Positions 8,195 through 17,418 of a stretch of 64,000 nucleotides of DNA are shown here, one piece after another. The DNA comes from Gemmatimonadota bacterium (GTDB lineage Bacteria; Gemmatimonadota; Gemmatimonadetes; Gemmatimonadales; GWC2-71-9). The stretch is taken from assembly GCA_016704275.1 (NCBI GenBank), contig JADJAK010000005.1, forward strand, positions 107,473 through 171,472, read 5' to 3'. Within the stretch, counting starts at the first letter, position 1. The number at the start of each line of letters is the position of its first letter. The notes beneath the pieces are model-generated. The model was not told the origin of the DNA, made no database searches, and worked only from the letters and a program-made list of their open reading frames with translations. A program made the position numbers and the translations under genes.

Positions 8195-9537
8195 TCGTCA
8201 TGAAGTTCGGGGGAACGTCCGTGGCCGATGCCCGCGCCATCACGGCGCTGGGGACGGCGGTGGCCAACGCGGCCGACCAACGGCCACTCGTCGTCGTCTC
8301 CGCGCTCTCCGGGGTGACCGATACCTTGCTCCGGCTCAGCCGCGCCGCGGCGCAGGGCGATGCCGCCGCCGTGACGAGCGGGGGTGAGGCGCTCCGCGCG
8401 CGGCATCTGGCGGTCGCCACCGACCTCGGCATCGCGGAGCAGGTGGCTGGGCCACTCTGCGCGCGGCTCGACGCGTTGTCCGCGATCCTGGGTGCCGTAC
8501 CCGCCGAGGATCAGGACGGCTGGCAGGACGCCGTGGTCGGGGTGGGCGAGCTGCTCTCGTCGGTGGTGGTGGCGGCGGCGCTGGAGAAGCGGGGGCTCCC
8601 CGCCACCTGGTTCGATGCGCGACGCGTGGTTCGCACCGATGCGCGGTACGGCGCTGCCATTCCCGATCAGGCCGCGATCCGTACGCTCGCCCACGCGCAG
8701 CTGGCGCCGTTGTTGGCCTCGGGCGCGCTCCCCGTGACGCAGGGCTTCATCGGCGCCACCGAGGCTGGTGCTGCCACCGTCCTCGGTCGCGGTGGCTCCG
8801 ACTTCTCCGCCGCGCTGTTGGGCGCTGCGCTCGAGGCCGAGCGGGTGGAGATCTGGACAGACGTGAGCGGGCTGATGACCGCCGATCCGCGGATCGTCCC
8901 GGAGGCGCTGGTGCTGGCCGAGGCGACCTACGATGAGAGCGCGGAACTCGCGGCCTTCGGCGCCAAGGTGCTGCACCCGGCGACCCAGTTGCCGCTGGTG
9001 GAAGCGGGAATCCCCATCGTGATCCGCAACACCTTCGCCCCCGAGGCACCCGGCACCCGCATCATCGCGGAGACCGAGTACGACGCCACGGTACCGATCC
9101 GGTCGATCTCTTCGAAGCGCGGGATTGCGGTCATGCAGGTCCGCGCGGCACGGATGCTCGGTGCCTTCGGTTTCCTGCGGCAGATCTTCGAGGTGTTCGA
9201 GCGCCATGAGATCGTGGTCGACGTCCTCGCCACCAGCGAGGTCTCCGTCTCGCTCACGGTCGATCCATCCCCCCGTCTGGAGGCGGTCATGCGGGACCTC
9301 GCGCCGATCGGTGAGGTCACGCTGCGCGAGGGCCGCAGCATCGTGGCCGTGGTGGGGCGTGGCATTCGGGACACGCCGGGCATTGCCGCGCGGGTGTACC
9401 AGGCGATCGCCGATGTGAACGTCGAGATGATTTCGCTCGGCGCATCGGCATCCAACTTGACCTTCATCGTGCGCGAGGAGGACGGCCCCCGCGTGGTCCG
9501 TGCCCTCCATCGCGCCTTCTTCGGGGTGCCGACGTGA
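8191..9537 (+). CDS. lysC: Aspartate kinase
   Basis: The internal ATG at 8191 overlaps the previous stop (ATGA). The N-terminus is MIVMKFGGTSVADA, followed by an amino-acid kinase fold and C-terminal ACT-like repeats. Confidence 0.9.
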   Translation: MIVMKFGGTSVADARAITALGTAVANAADQRPLVVVSALSGVTDTLLRLSRAAAQGDAAAVTSGGEALRARHLAVATDLGIAEQVAGPLCARLDALSAILGAVPAEDQDGWQDAVVGVGELLSSVVVAAALEKRGLPATWFDARRVVRTDARYGAAIPDQAAIRTLAHAQLAPLLASGALPVTQGFIGATEAGAATVLGRGGSDFSAALLGAALEAERVEIWTDVSGLMTADPRIVPEALVLAEATYDESAELAAFGAKVLHPATQLPLVEAGIPIVIRNTFAPEAPGTRIIAETEYDATVPIRSISSKRGIAVMQVRAARMLGAFGFLRQIFEVFERHEIVVDVLATSEVSVSLTVDPSPRLEAVMRDLAPIGEVTLREGRSIVAVVGRGIRDTPGIAARVYQAIADVNVEMISLGASASNLTFIVREEDGPRVVRALHRAFFGVPT

Positions 9538-10226
9538 GGATCGCGTTGATCGGGAGCGGCCGCATGGCGCAGGCCATTCGGGCGGAAGCAGAGGCGGCCG
9601 GCGAGACGGTGGTCACCACGATTGCCCGTGGCGAGAATGCAGCAGGGCAGGCCATCACTGCCGCCCGACTGACCGGCGTCGACGTGGTGTTCGAGTTCTC
9701 CACGCCCGAGGCGGTCGTCGACAACCTGCGGGCACTGCAGCCGCTCGGCCTCGCCGTGGTGTGCGGGACGACCGGCTGGGACGCTGCGCGCGAGGGGATC
9801 GAGGCGTCGTGGCGAGATGGCCCCGGCGCCTTGCTGGCCGCCAGCAACTTTGCAATCGGCGTTCACCTCTTCCTCCATGCCGCACGCGTGCTCGCGAGTG
9901 CGTCGGCGGGTCAGGCGGCCTTCGACGGCTTTCTCCACGAACGCCACCACGCGGCCAAGCGTGATGCCCCGTCGGGCACGGGACTCCGCTTGCAGGAGGC
10001 GGCACGCGCGGGCGACCCGACGCGCGACTGGCCCATCACCTCGGTGCGGGCCGGCTCGATCCCGGGCGAGCACGAGCTGGTGCTCGATGCGCCATACGAA
10101 TCGATCACGCTGCGGCATGTGGCGCGGGATCGTCGCGTCTTCGCGGCAGGGGCCGTGACCGCCGGCCGATGGTTGCGTGGCCGACGCGGTGTGTTCACGC
10201 TGGATGCACTCTTCGAGGAGGGTTGA
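9534..10226 (+). CDS. dapB: 4-hydroxy-tetrahydrodipicolinate reductase
   Basis: 230-aa ORF with N-terminus MRIALIGSGRMAQ and the motifs ERHHAAKRDAPSGTG and GEHELVL. Confidence 0.85.
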   Translation: MRIALIGSGRMAQAIRAEAEAAGETVVTTIARGENAAGQAITAARLTGVDVVFEFSTPEAVVDNLRALQPLGLAVVCGTTGWDAAREGIEASWRDGPGALLAASNFAIGVHLFLHAARVLASASAGQAAFDGFLHERHHAAKRDAPSGTGLRLQEAARAGDPTRDWPITSVRAGSIPGEHELVLDAPYESITLRHVARDRRVFAAGAVTAGRWLRGRRGVFTLDALFEEG

Positions 10227-10228
10227 TC

Positions 10229-11119
10229 ATGCTCCCGAACGGAACCGGTACGGCGATCGTCACGCCCTTCAGTCCTCAGGGCGACGTCGACCATGAGGCG
10301 CTGGCGCAGCTGGTCGACTGGCAGATCGAGGAAGGGGTGGACTTCCTCGTGGCCTGTGGCAGCACGGGAGAGGCCGCGACGCTCTCGTTGGACGAACGAT
10401 TGGCCGTGACGGCCACCGTCGTGCGCTCCGCGGCCGGTCGTGTCCCCGTCCTCGCAGGCGCGACTGACAATGCCACCGCCCGAGCCGTCGATGAGGCGCA
10501 GGCGCAGGCCGCCATGGGTGTCGCCGGCATCATGAGTGCTGCCCCGTATTACAACAAGCCGACACAGGCCGGCCTCGAAGCACACTTCCGCGCCATCGCC
10601 GACGCCATCCACCTCCCGCTGCTGTTGTACAATGTCCCCGGACGGACCGGGGTCGATCTGCGTCCGGAGACGGTGGCCCGCCTCGCAGAGCATCCCCGGA
10701 TTGGAGGCATCAAGGAGGCGAGTGGCGGCGTGCGCCGGGTGATGGACCTGGTGGCCCAGACGCCGAGTGCCTTCGCGGTGCTGTGCGGTGATGACGACAT
10801 CGTCGTCCCGGCGATCGCGTCTGGTGCACGGGGCCTCATCTCGGTGGCGAGCAACGCCTTGCCCCGGACGATCGCCACAATCGTCCGGCATGCGCGCGCG
10901 GGCGACTTCGTCACCGCGCGTGCCGACCTGCTTCCGCTCCTCCCCTTCATCGACCTGCTCTTCACCGAAGCGAACCCGATTCCGGTGAAGGCCGCGCTGG
11001 CGATGCAGGGGCGCATCAGTGACACCGTGCGCCTCCCGCTCCTGTCGGCCACCGCTCCGCTCCGTGAGCGCATGGCGCCCTTTCTCCCGATGTCCTCTCG
11101 CCTTGGAGTCTCTGCGTGA
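10229..11119 (+). CDS. dapA: 4-hydroxy-tetrahydrodipicolinate synthase
   Basis: The ATG at 10229 gives MLPNGTGTAIVTPF. The motifs GSTGEAATLS, YNVPGRTG and GIKEASG (catalytic Lys) are present. Confidence 0.92.
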   Translation: MLPNGTGTAIVTPFSPQGDVDHEALAQLVDWQIEEGVDFLVACGSTGEAATLSLDERLAVTATVVRSAAGRVPVLAGATDNATARAVDEAQAQAAMGVAGIMSAAPYYNKPTQAGLEAHFRAIADAIHLPLLLYNVPGRTGVDLRPETVARLAEHPRIGGIKEASGGVRRVMDLVAQTPSAFAVLCGDDDIVVPAIASGARGLISVASNALPRTIATIVRHARAGDFVTARADLLPLLPFIDLLFTEANPIPVKAALAMQGRISDTVRLPLLSATAPLRERMAPFLPMSSRLGVSA

Positions 11120-11952
11120 ATTCTCTCGAAACCCGGCTCGCCCCGTTCCTGGACCAGGTTCCACCCGGGCGCGAGGACGAGGCGCGCCGCGCCTTCGCCT
11201 CCCTCAAGCTGGCGCTGCACCAGGGGACGATCCGTGCCGCTGAGCGCGACGCCGATGGGACCTGGCGCGTCAACGGCTGGGTCAAGCGCGGCATCCTGCT
11301 CGGCTTCCGCCTTGGCGTGCTCGTCGACGCGGGCACGGCGGGGCCGATGCGGTTCTTCGACAAGGACAGCTTCGGCGTCCGCGCGACGACCATCGACGAA
11401 GGGATCCGCATCGTGCCAGGCGGCACCGCGGTGCGTGAGGGCAGCTACCTCGCGCGCGGCGTGATCGTGGTGCCGCCCGCCTACGTGAACGTCGGCGCGT
11501 ATGTCGACGAGGGGACGCTGATCGATTCGCACGCGCTCGTCGGCTCCTGTGCGCAGATCGGCAAGCGCGTGCACCTCTCGGCGGCAGCCCAGATCGGTGG
11601 CGTGCTTGAGCCGGCCGGGGCGATGCCGGTCATCATCGAGGACGACGTGCTGGTGGGAGGGAACTGTGGGGTGTACGAGGGGACGATCGTGCGGCAGCGT
11701 GCGGTGCTCGCCCCCGGTGTGCTCCTGACGGGCGGGACGGCGGTGGTGGACCTGGTCCACGACCGGATCCTGCGGCGTGAGGGCGACTCGCCGCTGGAGA
11801 TTCCGGAAGGGGCCGTCGTGGTGCCGGGCAGCCGGTCGGTGACCCACGGGAGCGGGCAGGCGCGCGGGATCTCGCTGTACGCGCCCGTGATCGTCAAGTA
11901 CCGCGACGAGCGCACCGACGCGGCGGTGCAGCTCGAAGACTTGATCCGCTAG
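11116..11952 (+). CDS. dapD: 2,3,4,5-tetrahydropyridine-2,6-dicarboxylate N-succinyltransferase
   Basis: 278-aa ORF with hexapeptide-repeat LbH core. YVNVGAYVDEGTLIDSHALVGSCAQIGKRVHLSAAAQIGGVLEP closely parallels E. coli DapD as I recall it. Confidence 0.9.
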   Translation: MNSLETRLAPFLDQVPPGREDEARRAFASLKLALHQGTIRAAERDADGTWRVNGWVKRGILLGFRLGVLVDAGTAGPMRFFDKDSFGVRATTIDEGIRIVPGGTAVREGSYLARGVIVVPPAYVNVGAYVDEGTLIDSHALVGSCAQIGKRVHLSAAAQIGGVLEPAGAMPVIIEDDVLVGGNCGVYEGTIVRQRAVLAPGVLLTGGTAVVDLVHDRILRREGDSPLEIPEGAVVVPGSRSVTHGSGQARGISLYAPVIVKYRDERTDAAVQLEDLIR

Positions 11953-12986
11953 AAACCGAGCTTGGTGATTCGGCCGCCGGGGCCGACGCCCCAGGCGGTC
12001 CGGCCCACGCCGCCCACGCTCCAGTACTGGCTGGGGGTGGCAGCCGTCCAGGTGACGCCGGCGTCACGGGTCACCAGCAGTCCGGCGAGCGTCGCGGCGA
12101 CGGCGGTGTTGCGATCGGCCCCGGGCACCCACGACACCCCGAAGAACGAGCCGCGCACGGCGGGGCGGGGGCGCATGGTCCAGGTCGCGCCGCCATCATC
12201 GGTCACGCCCACCACCGCCGAGGCGGTGTCAGTGCGCATCTGGGCAATGCGTGCGCCGACGCCGATCCCGCGCTTGGCGTCGAGCCACGAGGTCGCCGTC
12301 ATCCCGGCGCCGTCACCCTTCACGAAGGGCGTCGGCACCGGCTTCCACTGCTTGCCGCCGTCGGTCGTGACCAGGAGGCGCCCTTCCGGCGCGCCGGTGG
12401 CCACCCAGGCGTTCGACTTCCCCTGACTCACCAGGCAGCCGCCGCTCGCGGCGAAGGCGCCCTCACTCGCCAGCGGCGCGGGGAGGGCGTTGGCAGGGAG
12501 CAGGTTCCACGACGCGCCGCCGTTCTCGGTTCGCATCATCATGGTGCGGCCGTTGGCCGCGTCGCTGAAGGCCACGCCGTGCTTCGTGTCGAAGAAGGTG
12601 AAGCAATCGAAGAACGCCGCAGTGTCCGCGTTGGTGAACTGCAGCGTCCACTGTGCGCCACCATCGGTGGTGTGGTAGATCCGCGACTTGGCCCCCGGTC
12701 CGGCGGCCAGCAACCATGCCTCCTCGGCACTGAACGCATGCACGTCGCGGAACTCCATCGTCTCCGCGCCGGGCACCGCCTTCAGTTCCCAGGTCGTGCC
12801 GCCGTCGCGCGTCCGCAGGACCGTTCCCTTGTGGCCGCTGACCCACGCGACCTGTTCGTTCACGGCCGCCACCGCCTGCAGCAGGGCAGTGGTCCCGCTC
12901 GTCTGCTCGGTGACGACCGGGGCCTGAGCCGCGAGGGCGGCCGGAACCAACGCGACGACGACGGCGAAACGACGCATGCGAATCAC
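11949..12986 (-). CDS. BNR/Asp-box repeat beta-propeller protein (Ycf48/sialidase-like), secreted
   Basis: 345-aa ORF with a signal peptide (AVVVALVPAALAAQA) and repeated S-x-D-x-G-x-T-W type motifs (TRDGGTTWE, TTDGGAQWT, TENGGASWN, TTDGGKQWK, TDDGGATWT, TRDAGVTWT). Confidence 0.8.
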   Translation of the reverse strand: MIRMRRFAVVVALVPAALAAQAPVVTEQTSGTTALLQAVAAVNEQVAWVSGHKGTVLRTRDGGTTWELKAVPGAETMEFRDVHAFSAEEAWLLAAGPGAKSRIYHTTDGGAQWTLQFTNADTAAFFDCFTFFDTKHGVAFSDAANGRTMMMRTENGGASWNLLPANALPAPLASEGAFAASGGCLVSQGKSNAWVATGAPEGRLLVTTDGGKQWKPVPTPFVKGDGAGMTATSWLDAKRGIGVGARIAQMRTDTASAVVGVTDDGGATWTMRPRPAVRGSFFGVSWVPGADRNTAVAATLAGLLVTRDAGVTWTAATPSQYWSVGGVGRTAWGVGPGGRITKLGF

Positions 12987-12987
12987 C

Positions 12988-15174
12988 TCAGTAATTGGGG
13001 AGCGACTTCCGCATCCGGACGGTGAGCGAGTCGGCCTTCGCGGCGGTCACGCTGTCTCCCAACTGCCGGAAGGCCTCGGCGCCGCCACCATACACCAGAT
13101 AGTACAGCCCGAGAATCGAGGCCGACGGCTCGTCGACCCATCCTGCGGGACGCTCGCGTGCGGCGGCTTCCGGATGGTACACCCCGAAGAGGAGCGCCCG
13201 CGTGCGGGCCACGTCGACCCAGGAAAAGTTCTGCGTCATCCGGATGGCGCCACCTTCGGTGATCGGTCGCGGCATCACCTGGCGCACCATCCCCTGCGAG
13301 AGCAGGTACGGCCGGAGGCCGAGGGAGGCGTCGGGATAGTTGCCGGTGCTCCACGAGAAGTAGATCGGCCGCTTGCCGAGGTTGTCGCGGATGAGGAGCG
13401 CGGTGGCGATGTCGCTCCGCGTCATGTACTCGCCGCCAAAGCGGAGCACGAGCGAGTCGATCATCATCCCGGCGTTCTTCGGCGTCTGCGAATACTCCGG
13501 CAGCGAATCCAGTCCCTGGGTCGTCATCGCGAAGACGGTGTTGGTCGGCTTGACCCAGTTGGCCGCGGCCGGAGCACCGAGCGGCACCGTGTCGGCGTCG
13601 CTGCGCGGGCGCCAGAGCGCGGCGGCCGTCGCGGGGTCGAACGTCGGCGTCTCGCGGCGGCGGATCTGCCGGAGGTGCCAGTCGGTGTTCATCAGCGAGA
13701 GGTTGGCCAGCGTCACGTCACGGCGAATGCCGAGCACCTCCTGCGCAAACCAGAGCGGGAAGGTGTCGTTGTCGCCGGCGGTGATCAGGATGCCGTACGG
13801 CTCGACCGACTCGAGGATGTCGATGGCGAAGTCGCGGGCCAGCGTCTCGTGGGCGCGCGATGCCGAGACGCGGTTGCCGAAGAACGGCACCAGGCCGAGC
13901 AGCAGCACCGGCGTGCCGACCAGCCAGCGCCGCGAGTCGCTTACCCGATCGCCCAGCATCTCGCCGATATAGCGGATGGTGGCGGCGAGGCCGGCCGCAA
14001 TCAGGACCCCGACGAAGGCGAACGAGACGACGAAGAAGTAGTCACGCTCGCGGACTTCGCGCATCTCCTGCGTGATCGCGGCGTTGTTGACCTGGAACGA
14101 GTAGCCGTACTTGAAGTTCAGGTAGTAGATCAGCATCAGAGTCACGGTGAACAACAGCGCCCCGGCGGCGAGGCCAGCCCGCTTGTCGCGACGCAACAAG
14201 GCGAGGACGCCGCCCAGCGTGGTGGCCGTGAAGATGCCGACCATCAGGCTGCGGAAGGCGCCGAGGTCGCGGCCCCACTGCCAGCTCCAGTACGTCCAGT
14301 AGTTGGTCAACTGGGCGGAGAGCGGCGACTGCCGCAGCGAGAGCTCCGGCTTGCCGTACTGCACGCGGCCGAGGACATCCTTGAGCGCCTGCGAGAAGAA
14401 GCCGACGGGCTCGCCCTCGTTGATCGGCGGATACTGACCGGCGCGAATCGGCAGGTAGACGTAGTTGAGCGAGAGCCCGACCACGACGGCCAATGCCACC
14501 GCGGCGATGACACGCGGGCGGAGCATGACGCGCCAATCGGTCATCAGCACATAGATGCCGACGACGGGCATCGCCAGCACGCCCATCATGTGGTTGGTCG
14601 AGGACAAGGCGGTGAGATACACCGCGGCCACCACCCAGCGATCCCGCCGCTCACCGGCCGGCTCGTCGGCCCAGCGCACCATGCACCAGACCACCATCGC
14701 GATCGAGAGCAGCGACACCGTGTAGACCTTCTCGTTCACCGTGCTCTGATTCCACACGGTCCACGCCATCGCCGAGGCGAAGACGCCGGCGAACGCCGAG
14801 GCGATGCGCGGGCCGCGCGCCGTCGGGAGGATCGGCCGCAACCACCGCTCCGCCACCAGGAACCAGAGCCCGGCACCGCCCGCGCTGGTGATCGCCGCGA
14901 AGAGGTTGATCCGCACCGAGTACTCCGCCGCCAGCGGCAGGAGTCCCCAGGCGTGCGCCATCAGCGTGAAGAGCGGATTGCCCGGCGGGTGCGGGATGCC
15001 AAGCACCTTGGCGGCGGCGATGTACTCCGACGTGTCCCAGAAGGCCGTGGTCGGCGACAGGGTCATGAGGTACACCACGAACACCACCAGGAAGGTGGCG
15101 ACGGCCCAGAGGTAGGGCGGGCGTTCGGCGGGCGTATCGGACACGCGTGGCTCCGGTGCGGTGGGGGAGGTCAA
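12988..15174 (-). CDS. DUF2723-family polytopic membrane protein (glycosyltransferase-C-like)
   Basis: 728-aa ORF with many TMs in the N-terminal half. The N-terminal motif is SPTTAFWDTSEYIAAAKVLGIPHPPGNPLF. Confidence 0.7.
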   Translation of the reverse strand: MTSPTAPEPRVSDTPAERPPYLWAVATFLVVFVVYLMTLSPTTAFWDTSEYIAAAKVLGIPHPPGNPLFTLMAHAWGLLPLAAEYSVRINLFAAITSAGGAGLWFLVAERWLRPILPTARGPRIASAFAGVFASAMAWTVWNQSTVNEKVYTVSLLSIAMVVWCMVRWADEPAGERRDRWVVAAVYLTALSSTNHMMGVLAMPVVGIYVLMTDWRVMLRPRVIAAVALAVVVGLSLNYVYLPIRAGQYPPINEGEPVGFFSQALKDVLGRVQYGKPELSLRQSPLSAQLTNYWTYWSWQWGRDLGAFRSLMVGIFTATTLGGVLALLRRDKRAGLAAGALLFTVTLMLIYYLNFKYGYSFQVNNAAITQEMREVRERDYFFVVSFAFVGVLIAAGLAATIRYIGEMLGDRVSDSRRWLVGTPVLLLGLVPFFGNRVSASRAHETLARDFAIDILESVEPYGILITAGDNDTFPLWFAQEVLGIRRDVTLANLSLMNTDWHLRQIRRRETPTFDPATAAALWRPRSDADTVPLGAPAAANWVKPTNTVFAMTTQGLDSLPEYSQTPKNAGMMIDSLVLRFGGEYMTRSDIATALLIRDNLGKRPIYFSWSTGNYPDASLGLRPYLLSQGMVRQVMPRPITEGGAIRMTQNFSWVDVARTRALLFGVYHPEAAARERPAGWVDEPSASILGLYYLVYGGGAEAFRQLGDSVTAAKADSLTVRMRKSLPNY

Positions 15175-15198
15175 GGTGGTGGTTGGTCGAGCCGCGAC

Positions 15199-16728
15199 TT
15201 AATGGCGGAACATTCGGGCGCCGGTCATCACCATGGCAATGCCAAGGCGATCCGCGGCGGCAATCACGTCGGGGTCCTTGATCGAGCCACCGGGCTGGAT
15301 GATCGCTCGAACCCCCGCTTCGGCCGCGGCTTCGACGCCGTCCGGAAAGGGGAAGAAACCATCGGAGGCCAGTACCGCGCCATCCAGGTGGTGTCCGGCC
15401 TGCCGTGCCTTGTGGACGGCGAGGAAGGAGGCATCCACACGGCTCATCTGCCCGGCGCCGATGCCGAGGGCCTGTTCGCCCCGGGCCAACAGGATCGCGT
15501 TGGACTTCACGGTGGCCACGGCCGCCCAGGCGAAGCGGAGGTCGATCATCTCCTCGGCCGTCGGCGTGCGGCTCGTCGGGACCGACCAGCCATCCTCGCT
15601 GTGGTCGAACGCAAACTGGTCCTGGATCAGGAAGCCGCCGCGAATGCGCTTCCAATCGAGGCTGCTGTGGCCGACGGGGACGGGGAGCTCGACGATGCGG
15701 AGGTTCCGCTTCTCGCCAAAGATCGCGAGGGCGTCGGCATGAAAGGCCGGGGCAGCGATCACTTCGATGAAGAGGTCGCGCATCGCCTCGGCGGCGGGGC
15801 GATCCACGACGGTGTTGAAGGCGATGACGGAGCCGAAGGCGGAGGTCGGATCGGTGGCGCGCGCCCGCTCGAACGCTTCCGTGGCACTCCGCCCCAGGGC
15901 GATGCCGCAGGGCGTCGTGTGCTTGATCACGGCGCAGGCGACATCGTGGCTCCAGGCCGCGACGGCCGCCATGGCGGCATCGATGTCGAGCAGGTTGTTG
16001 AAGGAGAGTTCCTTCCCCTGCCGCTGCGTCAGGTCACCGATGCCACGCGGCTCCTCGGTCACGTAGAGGGCGGCGCGCTGCTGCGGGTTCTCGCCGTAGC
16101 GGAGCACCTGGCGCCGCTCCATCGCCAGGGCGATTCGCTCCGGGAGCGAATCCTGGCGCGGCGTGAGGTAGCCGGCGATGGCATTGTCGTAGTCGGAGGT
16201 GTGCGTGAACACCTTCGCGGCGAAGCCTTGGCGCACCTCGAGCGGGATCTCGCCCCCGGCGACCAATTCGAGGACCTGACCATAGTCGCGCGGATCGACC
16301 ACCGGGAGGACGAACTCGAAGTTCTTCGCGGCGGAGCGCAGCATCGACGGGCCGCCGATGTCGATGTTCTCGATCGCGTCCTCGAACGACACGTCCGGAT
16401 GGGCGATCGTCGCGCGGAAGGGATAGAGGTTCACGGCGACAAGCTGGAAGGAGGCGATGCCGTGCTCCTTCATGACCCGGACATGTTCGGGACGATCGGG
16501 GCGAGCGAGGAGCCCGGCGTGGACCACTGGATGGAGCGTCTTGACGCGACCGTCGAGGATCTCGGGGAACCCGGTGATCTCGTCGACGGTGGTCACCGAA
16601 CAGCCGGCGTCCCGGAGCAGCGCCGCGGTGCCGCCGGTGGAGACCACTTCCCATCCCAGGCGAATGAGTTCCTGGGCAAAGGCCACTACACCACGCTTGT
16701 CGCTGACCGAGATCAGGGCACGCTGCAT
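15199..16728 (-). CDS. purH: Bifunctional AICAR formyltransferase / IMP cyclohydrolase
   Basis: The start at 16728 (MQRALISVSDKRGVV) gives about 509 aa. MGS-like and AICARFT domain motifs run throughout (GGTAALL, KTLHPVVHAG, VVKHTTPCG-like IKHTTPCG). Confidence 0.95.
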   Translation of the reverse strand: MQRALISVSDKRGVVAFAQELIRLGWEVVSTGGTAALLRDAGCSVTTVDEITGFPEILDGRVKTLHPVVHAGLLARPDRPEHVRVMKEHGIASFQLVAVNLYPFRATIAHPDVSFEDAIENIDIGGPSMLRSAAKNFEFVLPVVDPRDYGQVLELVAGGEIPLEVRQGFAAKVFTHTSDYDNAIAGYLTPRQDSLPERIALAMERRQVLRYGENPQQRAALYVTEEPRGIGDLTQRQGKELSFNNLLDIDAAMAAVAAWSHDVACAVIKHTTPCGIALGRSATEAFERARATDPTSAFGSVIAFNTVVDRPAAEAMRDLFIEVIAAPAFHADALAIFGEKRNLRIVELPVPVGHSSLDWKRIRGGFLIQDQFAFDHSEDGWSVPTSRTPTAEEMIDLRFAWAAVATVKSNAILLARGEQALGIGAGQMSRVDASFLAVHKARQAGHHLDGAVLASDGFFPFPDGVEAAAEAGVRAIIQPGGSIKDPDVIAAADRLGIAMVMTGARMFRH

Positions 16729-16750
16729 CGTCACAAACTCCGGTGCGGAA

Positions 16751-17341
16751 TCAGACCGCAGGGGGAAGATCAAACGGGACCGGTCGTCCGGCGCTCGCCG
16801 CCGCCGTCACGGCCGCGGGCAGGAGCCGGTGCTCGGCGGCCAGGACCCGCAAGGCCAACGACCCGGGCGTGTCGCCCGGCTGCACCGGCACTCGGGCCTG
16901 CCCGAGGATGGCGCCGCGGTCGTAGGCCTCGTCCACCAAATGCACGGTGGCGCCACTCTCCGTGTCGCCCGCCGCCAAGACCGCCGCGTGGACTCGCTCT
17001 CCGTACATGCCCGGGCCACCGTGCCTGGGCAGCAGCGCCGGATGAATGTTGATGATCCGACCACGGTAGGCCGCCACGACCTCGGGCGGCACCAGCTTCA
17101 GATAGCCCGCCAGCACGACCAGGTCGACCCTGCCGCCCTCGAGCGCGGCCAGCCACTCGGCCCCATCCTGGTGGTCGTGGAGCCGGTGCGCGGCGATGCC
17201 ACGCCGCTCGGCCGTCTCGAGCGCCGCGGCGTCGCGGTCGCTGAGCACCAGCACCACGTCGGCCCCCGTGCCCGGGGCGTCGCAGAGCGCCAGCAGGTTG
17301 CTTCCGCGGCCCGAGACCGCCACTGCCACACGATAGCTCAC
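16751..17341 (-). CDS. purN: Phosphoribosylglycinamide formyltransferase
   Basis: The GTG at 17341 gives VSYRVAVAVSGRGSNL. The motifs NIHPALLP and VHLVDEAYDRGAIL are present. The longer ORF-track start (17401) is possible but less likely. Confidence 0.85.
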   Translation of the reverse strand: MSYRVAVAVSGRGSNLLALCDAPGTGADVVLVLSDRDAAALETAERRGIAAHRLHDHQDGAEWLAALEGGRVDLVVLAGYLKLVPPEVVAAYRGRIINIHPALLPRHGGPGMYGERVHAAVLAAGDTESGATVHLVDEAYDRGAILGQARVPVQPGDTPGSLALRVLAAEHRLLPAAVTAAASAGRPVPFDLPPAV

Positions 17342-17418
17342 AGCCCTCCAATCTAACGGGGCCTCCCCGGAATGCGGGGGATCCCCGTTCCTTCCGTGCA
17401 ACGCCGTGTTTCACTGCG

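Noticed and set aside
12976-17052. Longest ORF in the window (1358 aa, plus strand)
   Set aside because: It runs antisense to DUF2723, purH and purN, all of which have strong family motifs. Its translation is Arg/Gly/Asp/His/Glu-rich low-information sequence typical of stop-poor antisense frames in GC-rich DNA.
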